A stretch of DNA of 64,000 nt from Bacillota bacterium (GCA_050952625.1 JBMNLH010000001.1:608001-672000), one strand, 5' to 3'. Counted from the first letter of the stretch, positions 31,058 through 41,625 are shown. Program-made: numbers and translations. Notes: generated by a model from the letters alone, not told the origin.

Positions 31058-31237
31058 AAAACCCTACTGTGTTCGTGATCCTGCCGAGAGTGTTTTGAGC
31101 CAACACCAAAACATTAGGAGCCTGACTCTGTAAACCGCTGGTAAGCCTTCTGCGAGAGGACACTTAAAGTTTACAGGAGGGCACCAACCTGCGAGAGCAG
31201 GTTCAAAACATCGGCCCCACGGCATCGGTGGGGTTTT
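31058..31237 (+). ncRNA. ssrS: 6S RNA
   Basis: About 180-nt rod closed by AAACCCTACTG/CGGTGGGGTTT. TGTGTTCG, GAGGGCACCAACCTG and CAGGTTCAAAAC motifs; usual position after aspS. Confidence 0.88.
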
Positions 31238-31267
31238 GGCGTTCGGAACGACTGCTGGCCGCCGACC

Positions 31268-31311
31268 GCTATTATTCATTGGTAGTTGTGTCCTTGAGGC
31301 ATGGGCGGTTG
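31268..31311 (-). repeat. Dispersed repeat family A, copy 5
   Basis: Reverse complement CAACCGCCCATGCCTCAAGGACACAACTACCAATGAATAATAGC. Confidence 0.88.
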
Positions 31312-31497
31312 GTACGATATAATTTAACAGATTATCAACCAAGAGCTGGGTTTAATTGCCTGGCTCTTAATGTTTTATGGCTCTTAATGTTTGATCTGTT
31401 TAAAAGCGTAAAATTTAGGAACCAAATTGACAAATTTCACGTTATACTATATAGCCAGAAGTATTTTAATTTAAAGAACTGAAGGAGGTTATAGGGC

Positions 31498-33480
31498 ATG
31501 AAACGAATGATGGTTTATTTGTTGCTTAGCTGTTTCGTGATTACAACCTTAACGCCGGGAAGTGCCTTAGCGGAAAACCCGGTTTTAACAGACATCAAGG
31601 GCCACTGGGCCGCCAAACAAATTGAGCGTCTGGTGGACAGCGGTTACGTCAAGGGCTACTCAGATAATACCTTTAAACCTAATCAGTCGGTAACCAGAGC
31701 GGAGTTCTTTTGTTTACTCGTCCAGGCTCAAGGATCCATCCCTTCAGCCGCATCAACGAACAGTTTTTCAGACACCGTTAAGCATTGGGCTAGTGCCTAT
31801 ATTGAACAAGCAGTAAGAAGCGGTATCTTGCTGCCTGCCGAGTATCCCAACGGCTTAAAACCGGATAGACCGATCCTGCGCAGCGAAGTGGCGGCCGCTA
31901 TTATTCGGGCTTTAGGCATGGGCCCATCTGCCGGAAGCGTTTCTTTTCCCGACAAAGATAAAGTTGAACAAAGTGATTATAAAGGGTTTATAAAGACAGC
32001 CTACGATGAAGGGCTAATGACCGGTTTTGAGACGGGCGAGTTTAAACCATTCGATCCCTTTACTCGAGCCCAGGCTTGCGCTTTATTATGTTTGTTTCTA
32101 GACAAAAAGGACGGTCAACAGGTGGGGACCCCGCCAACCAATCAGTCCGGGATTACGATAGACCCGGAAAAAGACAACCTAACGGCGGTCCAGGTTTATG
32201 ACCAGGCTTACCCAATTGGCAGTAACTCCATAGTTTTTAAAACTGATACTAGAGAAATCAAAGCGAGCACTATTTCCCTAGTCAATGAAAGCATCTACCT
32301 TAACTATGCCAACCGGTTTGCTTTGAACAGCAACCTCGATAATCTCGAGATAATCATTAACAATAATCGTTTTGGGGTAAGTAAATTATTAGTGGCGAAT
32401 AAGCATTTAGTGGTTATCCCAACCTACTGGAAGATAAGTACCTTAAATCTTGATGGCCGCAAATATAACCCGGATTTTATCGATTTATATGTTGGGACCG
32501 AGAAAAGTGAATACCTGGCGGAAGTTGGAGTCATCGATGCTTATACCCTGAGATTGGGCGACCGGACCTATGATTTAAGACAGGATCAACTAACTGTTGA
32601 TGTGAATGATAAATTCTACCTTATTAAAAAGGTGATCATAAGGACCGACGCGGATACATACTTTGAATTGGCAGAAACCGAGCCAGTGGTTATAAAACGG
32701 CCAGACATAACCAATATTTCAGCCATTATTGCCCGGGGCAGTAGTTTAGATTTAGATAATATAAATAATTTGTTTTTTATTATTAATGGAAGCAAGTATT
32801 ATTTCAACCAATGCAGTATTGATGGGGTCGGGAACTTTATCGTTGACCAAAAAACCTATTCACCCGACCAAGTATTTATGCTAATCGACGGTGATTGTTA
32901 TCAGCTTAACCAGGTGGTCAAGCTGCCGAACAGCAAGATTATTATCTATTGTGATGCTGTCTATCAAACATGGGTAAAAATAAATGACAAATACCTGGAT
33001 GCCAATGGTGTCCTCATCCTGATGGATGATAATGTTTATGATCTAAATGAAGTAATCGTCGTGGACCGGGATTTAGTCCGCATTAAAGGAAGGCAGTACG
33101 AATTAGATTCGACTTTTAAATGTCGGATTAATAATCAGACCTTTAATATTGATGAAATCGATTACGACCCAACAATGGATCTAGTCACTATTGAGACCTC
33201 TGCCTATAGCAGTGATTTTCAGCAGCCAGTAAAGTACAATTTCTATTTAGATAACTCAATTTACCAGCAAGGTCTTGAGGATGTAACCATCTATGTTGAG
33301 GATAGTTGGCGAAACTTTAATTACATCTATATCATTGATCCGGCTCATTATCGCTATAACAACATTACCTATAAAATGATTGGATCACGGATCAGGATTG
33401 ATGGCGAACGATTTGAGGTGATAGACACTGCCTGGAGAGGAGCCACCCAGGTATTTGATTTGTATCTAAAAGCAATTTAG
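31498..33480 (+). CDS. S-layer homology (3x SLH) domain protein
   Basis: Signal peptide (ALA^E), DIKGHWA..FKPNQSVTRAE, ILRSE and FTRAQ SLH repeats; beta-rich C-terminus. Confidence 0.9.
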   Translation: MKRMMVYLLLSCFVITTLTPGSALAENPVLTDIKGHWAAKQIERLVDSGYVKGYSDNTFKPNQSVTRAEFFCLLVQAQGSIPSAASTNSFSDTVKHWASAYIEQAVRSGILLPAEYPNGLKPDRPILRSEVAAAIIRALGMGPSAGSVSFPDKDKVEQSDYKGFIKTAYDEGLMTGFETGEFKPFDPFTRAQACALLCLFLDKKDGQQVGTPPTNQSGITIDPEKDNLTAVQVYDQAYPIGSNSIVFKTDTREIKASTISLVNESIYLNYANRFALNSNLDNLEIIINNNRFGVSKLLVANKHLVVIPTYWKISTLNLDGRKYNPDFIDLYVGTEKSEYLAEVGVIDAYTLRLGDRTYDLRQDQLTVDVNDKFYLIKKVIIRTDADTYFELAETEPVVIKRPDITNISAIIARGSSLDLDNINNLFFIINGSKYYFNQCSIDGVGNFIVDQKTYSPDQVFMLIDGDCYQLNQVVKLPNSKIIIYCDAVYQTWVKINDKYLDANGVLILMDDNVYDLNEVIVVDRDLVRIKGRQYELDSTFKCRINNQTFNIDEIDYDPTMDLVTIETSAYSSDFQQPVKYNFYLDNSIYQQGLEDVTIYVEDSWRNFNYIYIIDPAHYRYNNITYKMIGSRIRIDGERFEVIDTAWRGATQVFDLYLKAI

Positions 33481-33721
33481 AACTAGACCGATTTTCCTCC
33501 TGTTAGCGGGTAGCTAAGAAGTAAGTGAGCTTTCCGTTATCCACAGCTCAGATAAGGTAATAATACTTGCTGTTGCGAGAGTATCTGGCTCAGTGGGTAT
33601 TATTACTACCTTATCTTATTGCGACATCCAATAGCACTATATTGAAGGTAGTGTTAAAATTAAGGTATACTGTTAAGCATGTGATTGTTATTTTATTCAC
33701 CAAAGGAGCTAGATTTTTTAG

Positions 33722-34450
33722 ATGATTGAAGTGAGCGGGGTCTCTAAAAGTTATAGCCGGGGAGCAGTTAAGGCGGTAGACCAGGTTGATCTCACGATTC
33801 AAGATGGCGAAATATTTGGGTTCTTAGGACCCAATGGGGCCGGTAAGACCACTTTAATTAAGATGATTACCGGGATCCTGAATCCTGATACCGGAACTAT
33901 CAAAATAAATGGCCGCGATATTCAAAAAGAACCGGTCGAAGCTAAGCTGCAGTTAGGATTCGTGCCAGATGACCCCAACATGTTTGCCCGTCTGACCGGG
34001 ATAGAATACTTGAACTTTATGGCAGACATGTATCACGTGCCGAAAAAAGTCAGGCTGACGCGAATGCAAACTTTGCTGGAGCGATTTGACATGGATAAAG
34101 CCGTGCGGGATAGTATTCAGAGCTATTCCCACGGCATGAAACAAAAGATTATCGTCATTGGTGCTTTGTTGCATAATCCGCCGGTTTGGATCTTAGATGA
34201 ACCAATGACCGGCCTGGACCCTCGCTCATCCTATGTCTTAAAAGAAATGATGCGGGAACAGGCTGATGCCGGGAAAACAGTCTTCTTTTCGACGCACGTG
34301 CTTGAAGTCGCGGAAAAGATCTGTGACCGAGTCGCCATTATTAATAAAGGCAAGGTTATTTTTAGTGGGACCATGGAGGAAGTTCAGACCCACTTACGGA
34401 AGAATCAGTCGCTGGAAAATATGTTTTTGGAGCTAACAAAAAATGAGTAG
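33722..34450 (+). CDS. ABC-2-type transporter ATP-binding protein
   Basis: GPNGAGKT, YSHGM, ILDEP. Confidence 0.93.
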   Translation: MIEVSGVSKSYSRGAVKAVDQVDLTIQDGEIFGFLGPNGAGKTTLIKMITGILNPDTGTIKINGRDIQKEPVEAKLQLGFVPDDPNMFARLTGIEYLNFMADMYHVPKKVRLTRMQTLLERFDMDKAVRDSIQSYSHGMKQKIIVIGALLHNPPVWILDEPMTGLDPRSSYVLKEMMREQADAGKTVFFSTHVLEVAEKICDRVAIINKGKVIFSGTMEEVQTHLRKNQSLENMFLELTKNE

Positions 34451-36125
34451 ATTTATCAGTTTGGTTAGGATCCTGCTCATCAGCAGTTTTGGTTTTTCCA
34501 GTCTGAAGGCCAGAGCGAGGAACAATCGGCTTGAGTATTTGAAAGTCCTGGGAATCGGAGCGGTCATTGTGGTCGGGCTTACCCCGGCCATGACCATGTA
34601 CGTTAAGCTGTTGAACCAGGGCTTTGATCTCACGGCTCCGCTTGGTCTATCCGGGGCAATTATTTCTTTGGGCCTTGTCCTGGTTAGTACCATGATCTTA
34701 TATTTTGGTGTGTTTTATGTGGTCAATACCTTTTACTATGCCAGCGATAATGATTTTTTGTTAGCCTTGCCATTAAGACCGTGGCAGGTGCTGGGAGCCC
34801 GTTTTATGGTGGTTTTATTATATGAATACTTAGTGGTATTACCATTACTATTGCCGCCTCTTTTGATTTTTGGGGTAAAAAGCGGGGCCCCGTTTAGTTA
34901 CTGGATCTACGCCGGAATTGGCTTTTTGTTGGTTCCACTGGTACCCTTGGCCTTGGCTTCTCTGCTGACAGTGCTGGTTATGCGTTTTACCAACCTGGGT
35001 CGGCGCAAAGACTTGTTCCGTATCCTCGGGGGAATTCTGGTTATTTTCTTAGCGGTTGGGGTCCAGTTCTTTTTCCAGAAGGCCGGGCCAAATTCAATGG
35101 ATCCGGCGTTTCTCCAAAATTTATTAACCAACCCAGACAGCTTGATTAATGTCATCAGCCGGTATTTTCCGACCACTCAGTATCTAAGTTTGGCTTTAGT
35201 GCACAGCTCAACCTTAACCGGCTTGCTTAATCTCTTATATTTTGTCGGTTCCTCTTTAATCGCCGTCGCTGTTACCTGGTGGGTGGGAGAGAAATTGTAT
35301 TACCGGGGTTTGGTCGGCTCAGGGGAAACCGCGGTGAAGCGAAAAACTCCGCGCGGGTCCGACTATCAACGGTTAGTTAAGGTGTCGCCTTCTTGGTGGG
35401 CCTATCTGCTGAAAGAGCTGCGGCTGCTGGTTAGGACCCCGGCCTATTTCATGAACTGTGTTTTGGCGACTTTCCTGGTCCCGGTCTTTATGGCCCTTCC
35501 GCTGATACTGCAATCAGGTCAGGCTGAGGAACAACAGATACCCTGGGAAAGCTTAGCCCAGTATCCTCGTTTTTCCGTAATGCTCCTAGCGATTATCAGC
35601 GGTATTGCTGTGTTTATGGCAGTGGCGAATGGAATTACCGCTACCTCGCTTTCCCGCGAGGGAAAACAGTTTTATATCTCTAAATACATTCCGCTATCTT
35701 ATAAAAAACAGATTCAGGCTAAGCTGCTGTCCGGCTTTATCTTTAGCATTATTGGTGTTCTGCTGACTTTCCTGGCTATGGGATTTTTGCTCAGAGTTAA
35801 ATTTTATCTGATCAGCATGATTCTGGGAATAACCTTGGTGGCCATTCTGCCCGTGTTAGAAATTGGTCTGCTGGTGGATATCTATCGGCCAAAACTGGAC
35901 TGGGATAATGAGCAAAAAGCGGTCAAGCAGAATCTGAATTATTTAATCGCCTTAGTGTTTTCTCTTCTTTTAAGCGGGAGTATTATTTATCCGGTTATTA
36001 AATACTTTGATACCTTTCTTTCGGCGGGAATTTTTATGCTTATCGCCTACGGTTTGGCGACGATAGCCTTATACATGGTACTGATGACTAAAGGAGTAGC
36101 CCGGTATCGAAAATTGGAAGGATAA
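34443..36125 (+). CDS. ABC exporter permease (multi-TM)
   Basis: Many TM helices, LLALPL and SLSREG motifs; overlaps the ATPase stop. Confidence 0.85.
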   Translation: MSRFISLVRILLISSFGFSSLKARARNNRLEYLKVLGIGAVIVVGLTPAMTMYVKLLNQGFDLTAPLGLSGAIISLGLVLVSTMILYFGVFYVVNTFYYASDNDFLLALPLRPWQVLGARFMVVLLYEYLVVLPLLLPPLLIFGVKSGAPFSYWIYAGIGFLLVPLVPLALASLLTVLVMRFTNLGRRKDLFRILGGILVIFLAVGVQFFFQKAGPNSMDPAFLQNLLTNPDSLINVISRYFPTTQYLSLALVHSSTLTGLLNLLYFVGSSLIAVAVTWWVGEKLYYRGLVGSGETAVKRKTPRGSDYQRLVKVSPSWWAYLLKELRLLVRTPAYFMNCVLATFLVPVFMALPLILQSGQAEEQQIPWESLAQYPRFSVMLLAIISGIAVFMAVANGITATSLSREGKQFYISKYIPLSYKKQIQAKLLSGFIFSIIGVLLTFLAMGFLLRVKFYLISMILGITLVAILPVLEIGLLVDIYRPKLDWDNEQKAVKQNLNYLIALVFSLLLSGSIIYPVIKYFDTFLSAGIFMLIAYGLATIALYMVLMTKGVARYRKLEG

Positions 36126-36205
36126 CGTAGTGAATCATAATCGTAGAATCCTGGTATTGTCCGAGCCCCGCAGGGCGAGTTTGATGACTGCCCGAAGCAG
36201 TTGGC

Positions 36206-36260
36206 GTTCATTTCGAGCCAGTCTGCTGACTGTAGTTGCAACACGAGCGTAGATTATTTT
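36206..36260 (+). repeat. Dispersed repeat family B copy
   Basis: GTTCATTTCGAGCCAGTCTGCTGACTGTAGTTGCAACACGAGCGTAGATTATTTT, preceded by TGTCCGAGCCCCGCAGGGCGAGTTT. Confidence 0.5.
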
Positions 36261-36306
36261 TAGAGTAAGTTACATATGGAGTAAGACACAAATAAGGAAA
36301 GCACTG

Positions 36307-37095
36307 ATGATGCAGCCAGAGTTGTTTAAACAAATGGAGCGGACTGAGCGACTGGTTGGCCGGGACGGTCTGAAAAAACTGCACTCCAGCCGGGTTGCCG
36401 TCGTCGGTTTGGGCGGAGTAGGATCATTCGCTCTGGAAGCCCTGGTCCGGGCCGGGATTGGCAGTTTGGTCCTGGTGGACCACGATGTGGTTGAACTGAC
36501 TAACCTCAATCGGCAACTGTTGGCCCTTCATTCCACCCTGGGACTGCCCAAGGTAGAGGTAGCCCGGCAACGGGCTTTGGACATCAATCCTCAGGTAAAA
36601 ATCGATGCTTGGCCAATTTTTTGCGGACCGGATAACTGTCGGGAATTGCTAAGTGGTCAGCTAGATTATGTAGTAGATGCGATTGATGTTGTCGCGTCCA
36701 AGGTGGCCTTGCTTAGGACCGCTCGGGAGCTAGACCGGCCGGTCGCCTCCAGTATGGGAATGGGCAATAAATTGGACCCAACAGCCCTGCGAGTCGCAGA
36801 TATTAGTGCCACTCAGGTCTGCCCTTTGGCCCGGGTGATTCGCCGGGAATTGCGCCGTTATGGCATTGTGACCGGGATCCAAACGGTCTTCTCGATTGAA
36901 CCCTCGCTCAAAGAAACAGCCCAAAGTATAACGCGCGTAGAGTCTGATTCAATTAAAGGTTTGGCTTTTAATGCCGCTCTAATCTCCGGACCGCGAATTG
37001 GACCGGGGAGTATCTCTTATGTGCCGTCAATAGCCGGGCTGATGTTAGCTGGGATTGTCATCCGGGGATTGTTAGGTCTTGATCAGGACAATTGA
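36307..37095 (+). CDS. tcdA: tRNA threonylcarbamoyladenosine dehydratase (ThiF family)
   Basis: GLGGVGS, TNLNRQ, DAID, MGMGNKLDP, CPLAR. Confidence 0.9.
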   Translation: MMQPELFKQMERTERLVGRDGLKKLHSSRVAVVGLGGVGSFALEALVRAGIGSLVLVDHDVVELTNLNRQLLALHSTLGLPKVEVARQRALDINPQVKIDAWPIFCGPDNCRELLSGQLDYVVDAIDVVASKVALLRTARELDRPVASSMGMGNKLDPTALRVADISATQVCPLARVIRRELRRYGIVTGIQTVFSIEPSLKETAQSITRVESDSIKGLAFNAALISGPRIGPGSISYVPSIAGLMLAGIVIRGLLGLDQDN

Positions 37096-37360
37096 ACCAG
37101 TATGTTGAGCTGGATTATGCTAAATTTATGGATCTAGCTGTTTGAGCATTAACCCGTAACAGCGGCTTAGTTCCCAGTATCACCTCATTAATAATAATAG
37201 ATAATTAATAACTAATTGGAACAATATGTCGTTATCGTATACCTTTCTAATCCTTAGGACGTTATTATTTAGGGGTATATTTTAGAAGTAAATGTTTTTA
37301 TAATAGAGTTCGAGGTTTTAGAATATATTTGTTTCTTGTTATTTATAGTTGTGTTTTGTC

Positions 37361-37392
37361 TGAAGGGTTTGGCGTGGGATTGACGTCTAATA
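37361..37392 (+). promoter_or_regulatory. Possible ECF-sigma promoter of the yknWXYZ-like operon
   Basis: TGAAGG-17nt-CGTCTAATA; the -35 is imperfect against TGAAAC. Confidence 0.3.
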
Positions 37393-37410
37393 AAGCAAGG
37401 AGGGTTTTTT

Positions 37411-38157
37411 GTGGGTCAAATTAATGAGCCGGTAATGGGGGACGCGGGAAACACGCCGGAATCAGGAAATCGTGGGTTAAACTTTTGGCAGCGTTTATGG
37501 GGAGTAATTGCTTCACCCGGGACGGCCTTTCAGGACATTGCCCAAAAACCGACTTTTTGGGGAATCCTGCTGGTGCAGCTGCTTATCGGAGGTTTTTTGG
37601 CCTGGTTAACGTCACCTAAACTACAAGAGTATACCAGAATAACCTTGGAGAAAACTGGCCAGAGTCAGAGTATGCCGCCGGAGATGCTGCAGCTTACCCT
37701 GCAAACGATCCCTATTCAGGCGGTAATCGCGGCTGTAATTCTACCGGTTATCCTTTGGTTGATTGAAGCGGGATTGATTAAGCTGTACGCCCAGTTTACC
37801 TTGGGTGCCGGCACCTTCCGTCAGTTGTTTGCCGCTGCCGTTTGGGCTGGGATACCGACCTTGATCGGCGGAATCGTGCAGACTGTCTTGGTGATGATGA
37901 CTACGGCCGAGAATTTGGTGCATGTTCAAACCAGTCTGGCTCTTCTTTTGCCCAAGACTCAGACAGAGAGTTTTCTCTACCTCTTTCTGTCCCAGATAGA
38001 TTTCTTTACTGTTTGGAGTCTTATTTTACTAGCTATCGGGGCTGGGGCAGTGCTGCAGCAAAGCCCCAGGAAGGTGGGAACCTATCTGTTTATTCTTTGG
38101 TTATTGCTAGCCATAGGGTTGGCTAGTGTGGGCAGCTTCTATGCGGGTCAACTTTAA
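37411..38157 (+). CDS. Yip1-family membrane protein (YknW-like)
   Basis: GVIASPGTAF motif, about five TM helices, heads an MFP-ATPase-permease operon. Confidence 0.8.
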   Translation: MGQINEPVMGDAGNTPESGNRGLNFWQRLWGVIASPGTAFQDIAQKPTFWGILLVQLLIGGFLAWLTSPKLQEYTRITLEKTGQSQSMPPEMLQLTLQTIPIQAVIAAVILPVILWLIEAGLIKLYAQFTLGAGTFRQLFAAAVWAGIPTLIGGIVQTVLVMMTTAENLVHVQTSLALLLPKTQTESFLYLFLSQIDFFTVWSLILLAIGAGAVLQQSPRKVGTYLFILWLLLAIGLASVGSFYAGQL

Positions 38158-38189
38158 TTTTAGGAATCCAAAGTCTATATCTTTATTTA

Positions 38190-38220
38190 GCCTAAGAACA
38201 CAGCCACCTATGAAAATAGC
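38190..38220 (+). repeat. Dispersed repeat family A, copy 6 (3' part only)
   Basis: GCCTAAGAACACAGCCACCTATGAAAATAGC. Confidence 0.65.
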
Positions 38221-38239
38221 GGGAGAAGGGACGATTGTA

Positions 38240-39556
38240 GTGCAGCAATCTACGACTAATCTTCAGGCAGCGGATTCATCTTTGCAATCACCAAAACAAA
38301 AAGGAAGACGTGGCCGTCAAATATTGATTGTCGCCGGTATTTTACTGGCGATCGGTCTGCTTGTAGGGCTGAATATGTACCGGCTGTCCCAGAGAGACGA
38401 GGTGCCGGTTAAGGTAGATAAGGTAGAGGAAGGACGTATTGAGGCGCGGGTTTTTACCTCCGGTAAGGTCATAGTCCGTGATCAGGAAGAGGTTTATGCC
38501 ACTACTAGTGGCATAGTTCAAACAGTTTTAGTGAAACTAGGAGATCTGGTTGAGGCCGGTCAGCCCCTGGTTCAAATGAAAGACGAAGAGTTTGCGCTGG
38601 CGGTAAGGCAAGCGGAAGCTAACTTAACTGCCGCCCAGGCTAACTTGGCTCGGGCTAAAGAGGCTACTGGTCCAGCGGAAATTGTCCAAGCGGAAAACGC
38701 TTTGACCCAGGCCGAGGCTAACTTGGAAAATGCGCGCCAGCGGCTGGAACGCAACCAGATTCTCTATGAGCAGGGAATAGTTTCAATCCAGGAGTTGGAG
38801 GCCTTACAATTAGAGGTAGAGATTAAACAAGCGCAATACGAGGCAGCGTCCAAGCAGTTAGATACTGCCCGCAACGGAGTCCAGTCTTCATTACGCGCCC
38901 TAGAGGCCCAGGTAGCTCAATCTGAGACCGCTCTGGCTTTGTCTCGCAATCAGTTAAACCAGGCAACCATTGTTACTGGACAAAGTGGTCAGGTACTCCA
39001 GTTAGATGTGGAAAAGGGTCAGTTTGTCTCGCCGGGGAAATTGGTTGCTGTCGTGGGGGACATAAAACAACTAGAGGTTCAAGCTGAGCTAAGTGAAGCA
39101 GATGCAGCTCAAGTCAAGGTTGGACAAACAGTTGAGATTACCGCCGATGCCTTGAGCAAAGCGAAGTTTTTTGGCGAAGTCAAGGAAATTTCTCCTCGAG
39201 CCATTGCTCGATCTAGTGGGCAAGGAGAACAGACTTTAGTTCCGATAGTGGTGGCCGTAATAGGAGATACTGCCTTGCGGCCTGGATATAATGTTGATCT
39301 CGATATTATTACCGGCACAGCGGAAAACGCCCTGCTGGTTCCCTATGACGCGCTAATTGAGCAAGAGGATCATACTGAAGTACTGGTCGTTCAAGAAGGG
39401 GTTATTCAGCACAGAACGGTGACTACTGGCTTGAGTGATGAGCAAAGGGTCCAGGTTCTTACTGGCTTGCAACCAGGGGAAACCGTAGTGTTAAACCCTG
39501 ATGATGATTTAGCAGACGGAACTGCTGTAAAGGCGACTCCATCTGGGATAGATTAA
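38240..39556 (+). CDS. Efflux membrane-fusion/adaptor protein (YknX/MacA-like)
   Basis: N-terminal TM, lipoyl halves (VKLGDLVEAGQPL), coiled coil, LRPGYNV. Start uncertain (track gives 38126). Confidence 0.88.
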   Translation: MQQSTTNLQAADSSLQSPKQKGRRGRQILIVAGILLAIGLLVGLNMYRLSQRDEVPVKVDKVEEGRIEARVFTSGKVIVRDQEEVYATTSGIVQTVLVKLGDLVEAGQPLVQMKDEEFALAVRQAEANLTAAQANLARAKEATGPAEIVQAENALTQAEANLENARQRLERNQILYEQGIVSIQELEALQLEVEIKQAQYEAASKQLDTARNGVQSSLRALEAQVAQSETALALSRNQLNQATIVTGQSGQVLQLDVEKGQFVSPGKLVAVVGDIKQLEVQAELSEADAAQVKVGQTVEITADALSKAKFFGEVKEISPRAIARSSGQGEQTLVPIVVAVIGDTALRPGYNVDLDIITGTAENALLVPYDALIEQEDHTEVLVVQEGVIQHRTVTTGLSDEQRVQVLTGLQPGETVVLNPDDDLADGTAVKATPSGID

Positions 39557-39598
39557 TTTGAAGGTATAATTTGAAGGTATTAGGAAGAGGTAATTAAA

Positions 39599-40327
39599 TT
39601 GATCTTCCTCCAAGAAATAACCAAAATTTATGATGTTGGCTCCCAGCAGGTTCGAGCCCTGCGTAAGATTAACCTCAATGTTCAGGCCGGAGAATTTGTG
39701 GCCGTAATGGGTCCGTCCGGTTCCGGCAAATCAACGCTCATGAATTTGATTGGTTGCTTGGACCGGCCAACGGCCGGCTCTTACCGGTTGGAGGGGCAGG
39801 AGGTTGCCCACCTAGGGGAGCCGGAATTAGCCCGGGTGCGGAACCAAAAGATTGGGTTCGTTTTTCAGACCTTTAACTTGCTCCCCCGGTTAAATGCCCT
39901 GCGTAACACGGAACTCCCGATGCTTTACGCCGGGGTACCGCCAGGAGAACGTCGGGAACGAGCCCTTAAAGCCCTGGCTGAAGTAGGCTTAGCCGAGCGA
40001 GTTAATCACCGGCCAAATGAACTCTCCGGCGGTCAGAAACAAAGAGTCGCTATTGCTCGGGCTTTAGTTAATAAACCGTCCATTCTTCTAGCCGATGAGC
40101 CAACCGGCAATTTGGATACCCGTTCGGGTGAAGAGATTATGGCCATTTTTCAGGAATTGAATCAGCGAGGGGTAACAATTGTGCTGGTTACGCACGAACT
40201 GGAAATTGCCCAGCACGCTAGTCGGATTGTTCGGTTTCGGGACGGCCGACTGGTCAGTGATGAACCGGTCACTAACCCGATCTCAGCCGAAAAGCGATTA
40301 GCCGAGATGCCCTTGGAGGAAAGCTAA
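39599..40327 (+). CDS. MacB-family ABC ATP-binding protein (YknY-like)
   Basis: [25 protein letters not shown]. Confidence 0.94.
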   Translation: MIFLQEITKIYDVGSQQVRALRKINLNVQAGEFVAVMGPSGSGKSTLMNLIGCLDRPTAGSYRLEGQEVAHLGEPELARVRNQKIGFVFQTFNLLPRLNALRNTELPMLYAGVPPGERRERALKALAEVGLAERVNHRPNELSGGQKQRVAIARALVNKPSILLADEPTGNLDTRSGEEIMAIFQELNQRGVTIVLVTHELEIAQHASRIVRFRDGRLVSDEPVTNPISAEKRLAEMPLEES

Positions 40328-40437
40328 TCTCAGCAGTTTAAAGCGACTTGTCACATTGTTTATCATATGGCAGGTTGTTGGGGTGGGAGGTGAACGGGCC
40401 GGACTGCGTAGACTTAAGCGGTCCGTCCCGCTAATAA

Positions 40438-41625
40438 TTGAACCTAATAGAATGTATCAGGGTTGCCTTGGGCTCAATCTGGGCCAACAAACTCCGCTCT
40501 GGCTTAACTATGCTCGGTATCATTATTGGGGTAGCAGCGGTAATCTTGGTGGTGTCAATTGGCCAGGGGGGGAAGGAGCAGCTTCTCAAGGAGCTGGAAA
40601 AGATCGGCTCCAATCTGTTTGTCGTTTATGCGATGTCAGTCAGCAATGAGACGATTGGACCAGATGAGCGAATCACCCTGGATGATACTCAGGCGATTTT
40701 AGACCAGGTGCCGACGGTTAAGGCGGTTGCCCCTTCAGCCTACGAGTATGCGGAGGCGGAAACCCGTAAAGAAAAAAAGCAGGTGTTGGTCATTGGCACT
40801 ACGGACGATTACGCAGAGGTCCGTAATGTCCCTTTGGGGCAAGGACATTTTTTCAGTGATCTGGATAGCAGATCAGCCCGGCGGGTCGTGGTAATTGATG
40901 AGCGTCTGGCAGAGGATCTCTTTGGTCGGACTAATCCTATCGGACAAAAGATGATGTTGAAGAAGGTGCCGCTGCTAGTGGTAGGAGTGGTGAAAAACGA
41001 GGAAGGAATGTTTGTTGGCAGCAACCGGAGCCAGGTGTTTATTCCAATTAGCCTGTGGCAGAACCTCTTTAATTCGGCCCGCGTTGATCAACTGGAAATC
41101 AGTGCTGTCAGCAAAGATCAAGTAAAGGAAAGTATGGATAAAACCCTGAAGCTGCTCCATCGCCGGCATAAGAATACTGACCGTTACCGGGCTTTTAGTT
41201 TGGAACAGGAGATGGAAGCGGCTAATCAGGCGATGGGAATTATGACTACCATCATTGGGGCGATTGCTGGCATTTCCCTGGTGGTGGGCGGAATCGGCGT
41301 GATGAATATTATGCTGGTCTCAGTGACCGAACGAACTCGGGAGATTGGGGTGCGGATGGCCTTAGGGGCACGCCGAAAAGATGTCTTAACTCAGTTCTTG
41401 ATTGAGGCGGTGGTGATCAGTATGGTGGGAGGGATTATTGGAATGATCCTGGGCCTGGGCGGGTCAGCCTTGCTGGCTTTGGCCTTAAAGCTGCCCCCGA
41501 TGTTATCCTGGTCACCGGTGCTTTTAGCGTTTACTTTTTCCGCCGCGATCGGTATCTTCTTTGGCATTTACCCAGCTAATAAGGCCGCCAAACTAGATCC
41601 TATTGAAGCACTCCGTTATGAATAA
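40438..41625 (+). CDS. MacB/FtsX-family permease (YknZ-like)
   Basis: LTMLGIIIG, GIGVMNIMLVSVTERTREIG, LDPIEALRYE. Confidence 0.93.
   Translation: MNLIECIRVALGSIWANKLRSGLTMLGIIIGVAAVILVVSIGQGGKEQLLKELEKIGSNLFVVYAMSVSNETIGPDERITLDDTQAILDQVPTVKAVAPSAYEYAEAETRKEKKQVLVIGTTDDYAEVRNVPLGQGHFFSDLDSRSARRVVVIDERLAEDLFGRTNPIGQKMMLKKVPLLVVGVVKNEEGMFVGSNRSQVFIPISLWQNLFNSARVDQLEISAVSKDQVKESMDKTLKLLHRRHKNTDRYRAFSLEQEMEAANQAMGIMTTIIGAIAGISLVVGGIGVMNIMLVSVTERTREIGVRMALGARRKDVLTQFLIEAVVISMVGGIIGMILGLGGSALLALALKLPPMLSWSPVLLAFTFSAAIGIFFGIYPANKAAKLDPIEALRYE

Noticed and set aside
30842-31482. Several short ORFs overlapping the 6S RNA region
   Set aside because: They overlap a structured RNA and a repeat, and have no RBS or protein-like features.
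33537-33545. Perfect DnaA box TTATCCACA
   Set aside because: Single copy with no cluster or origin context; plausible by chance.
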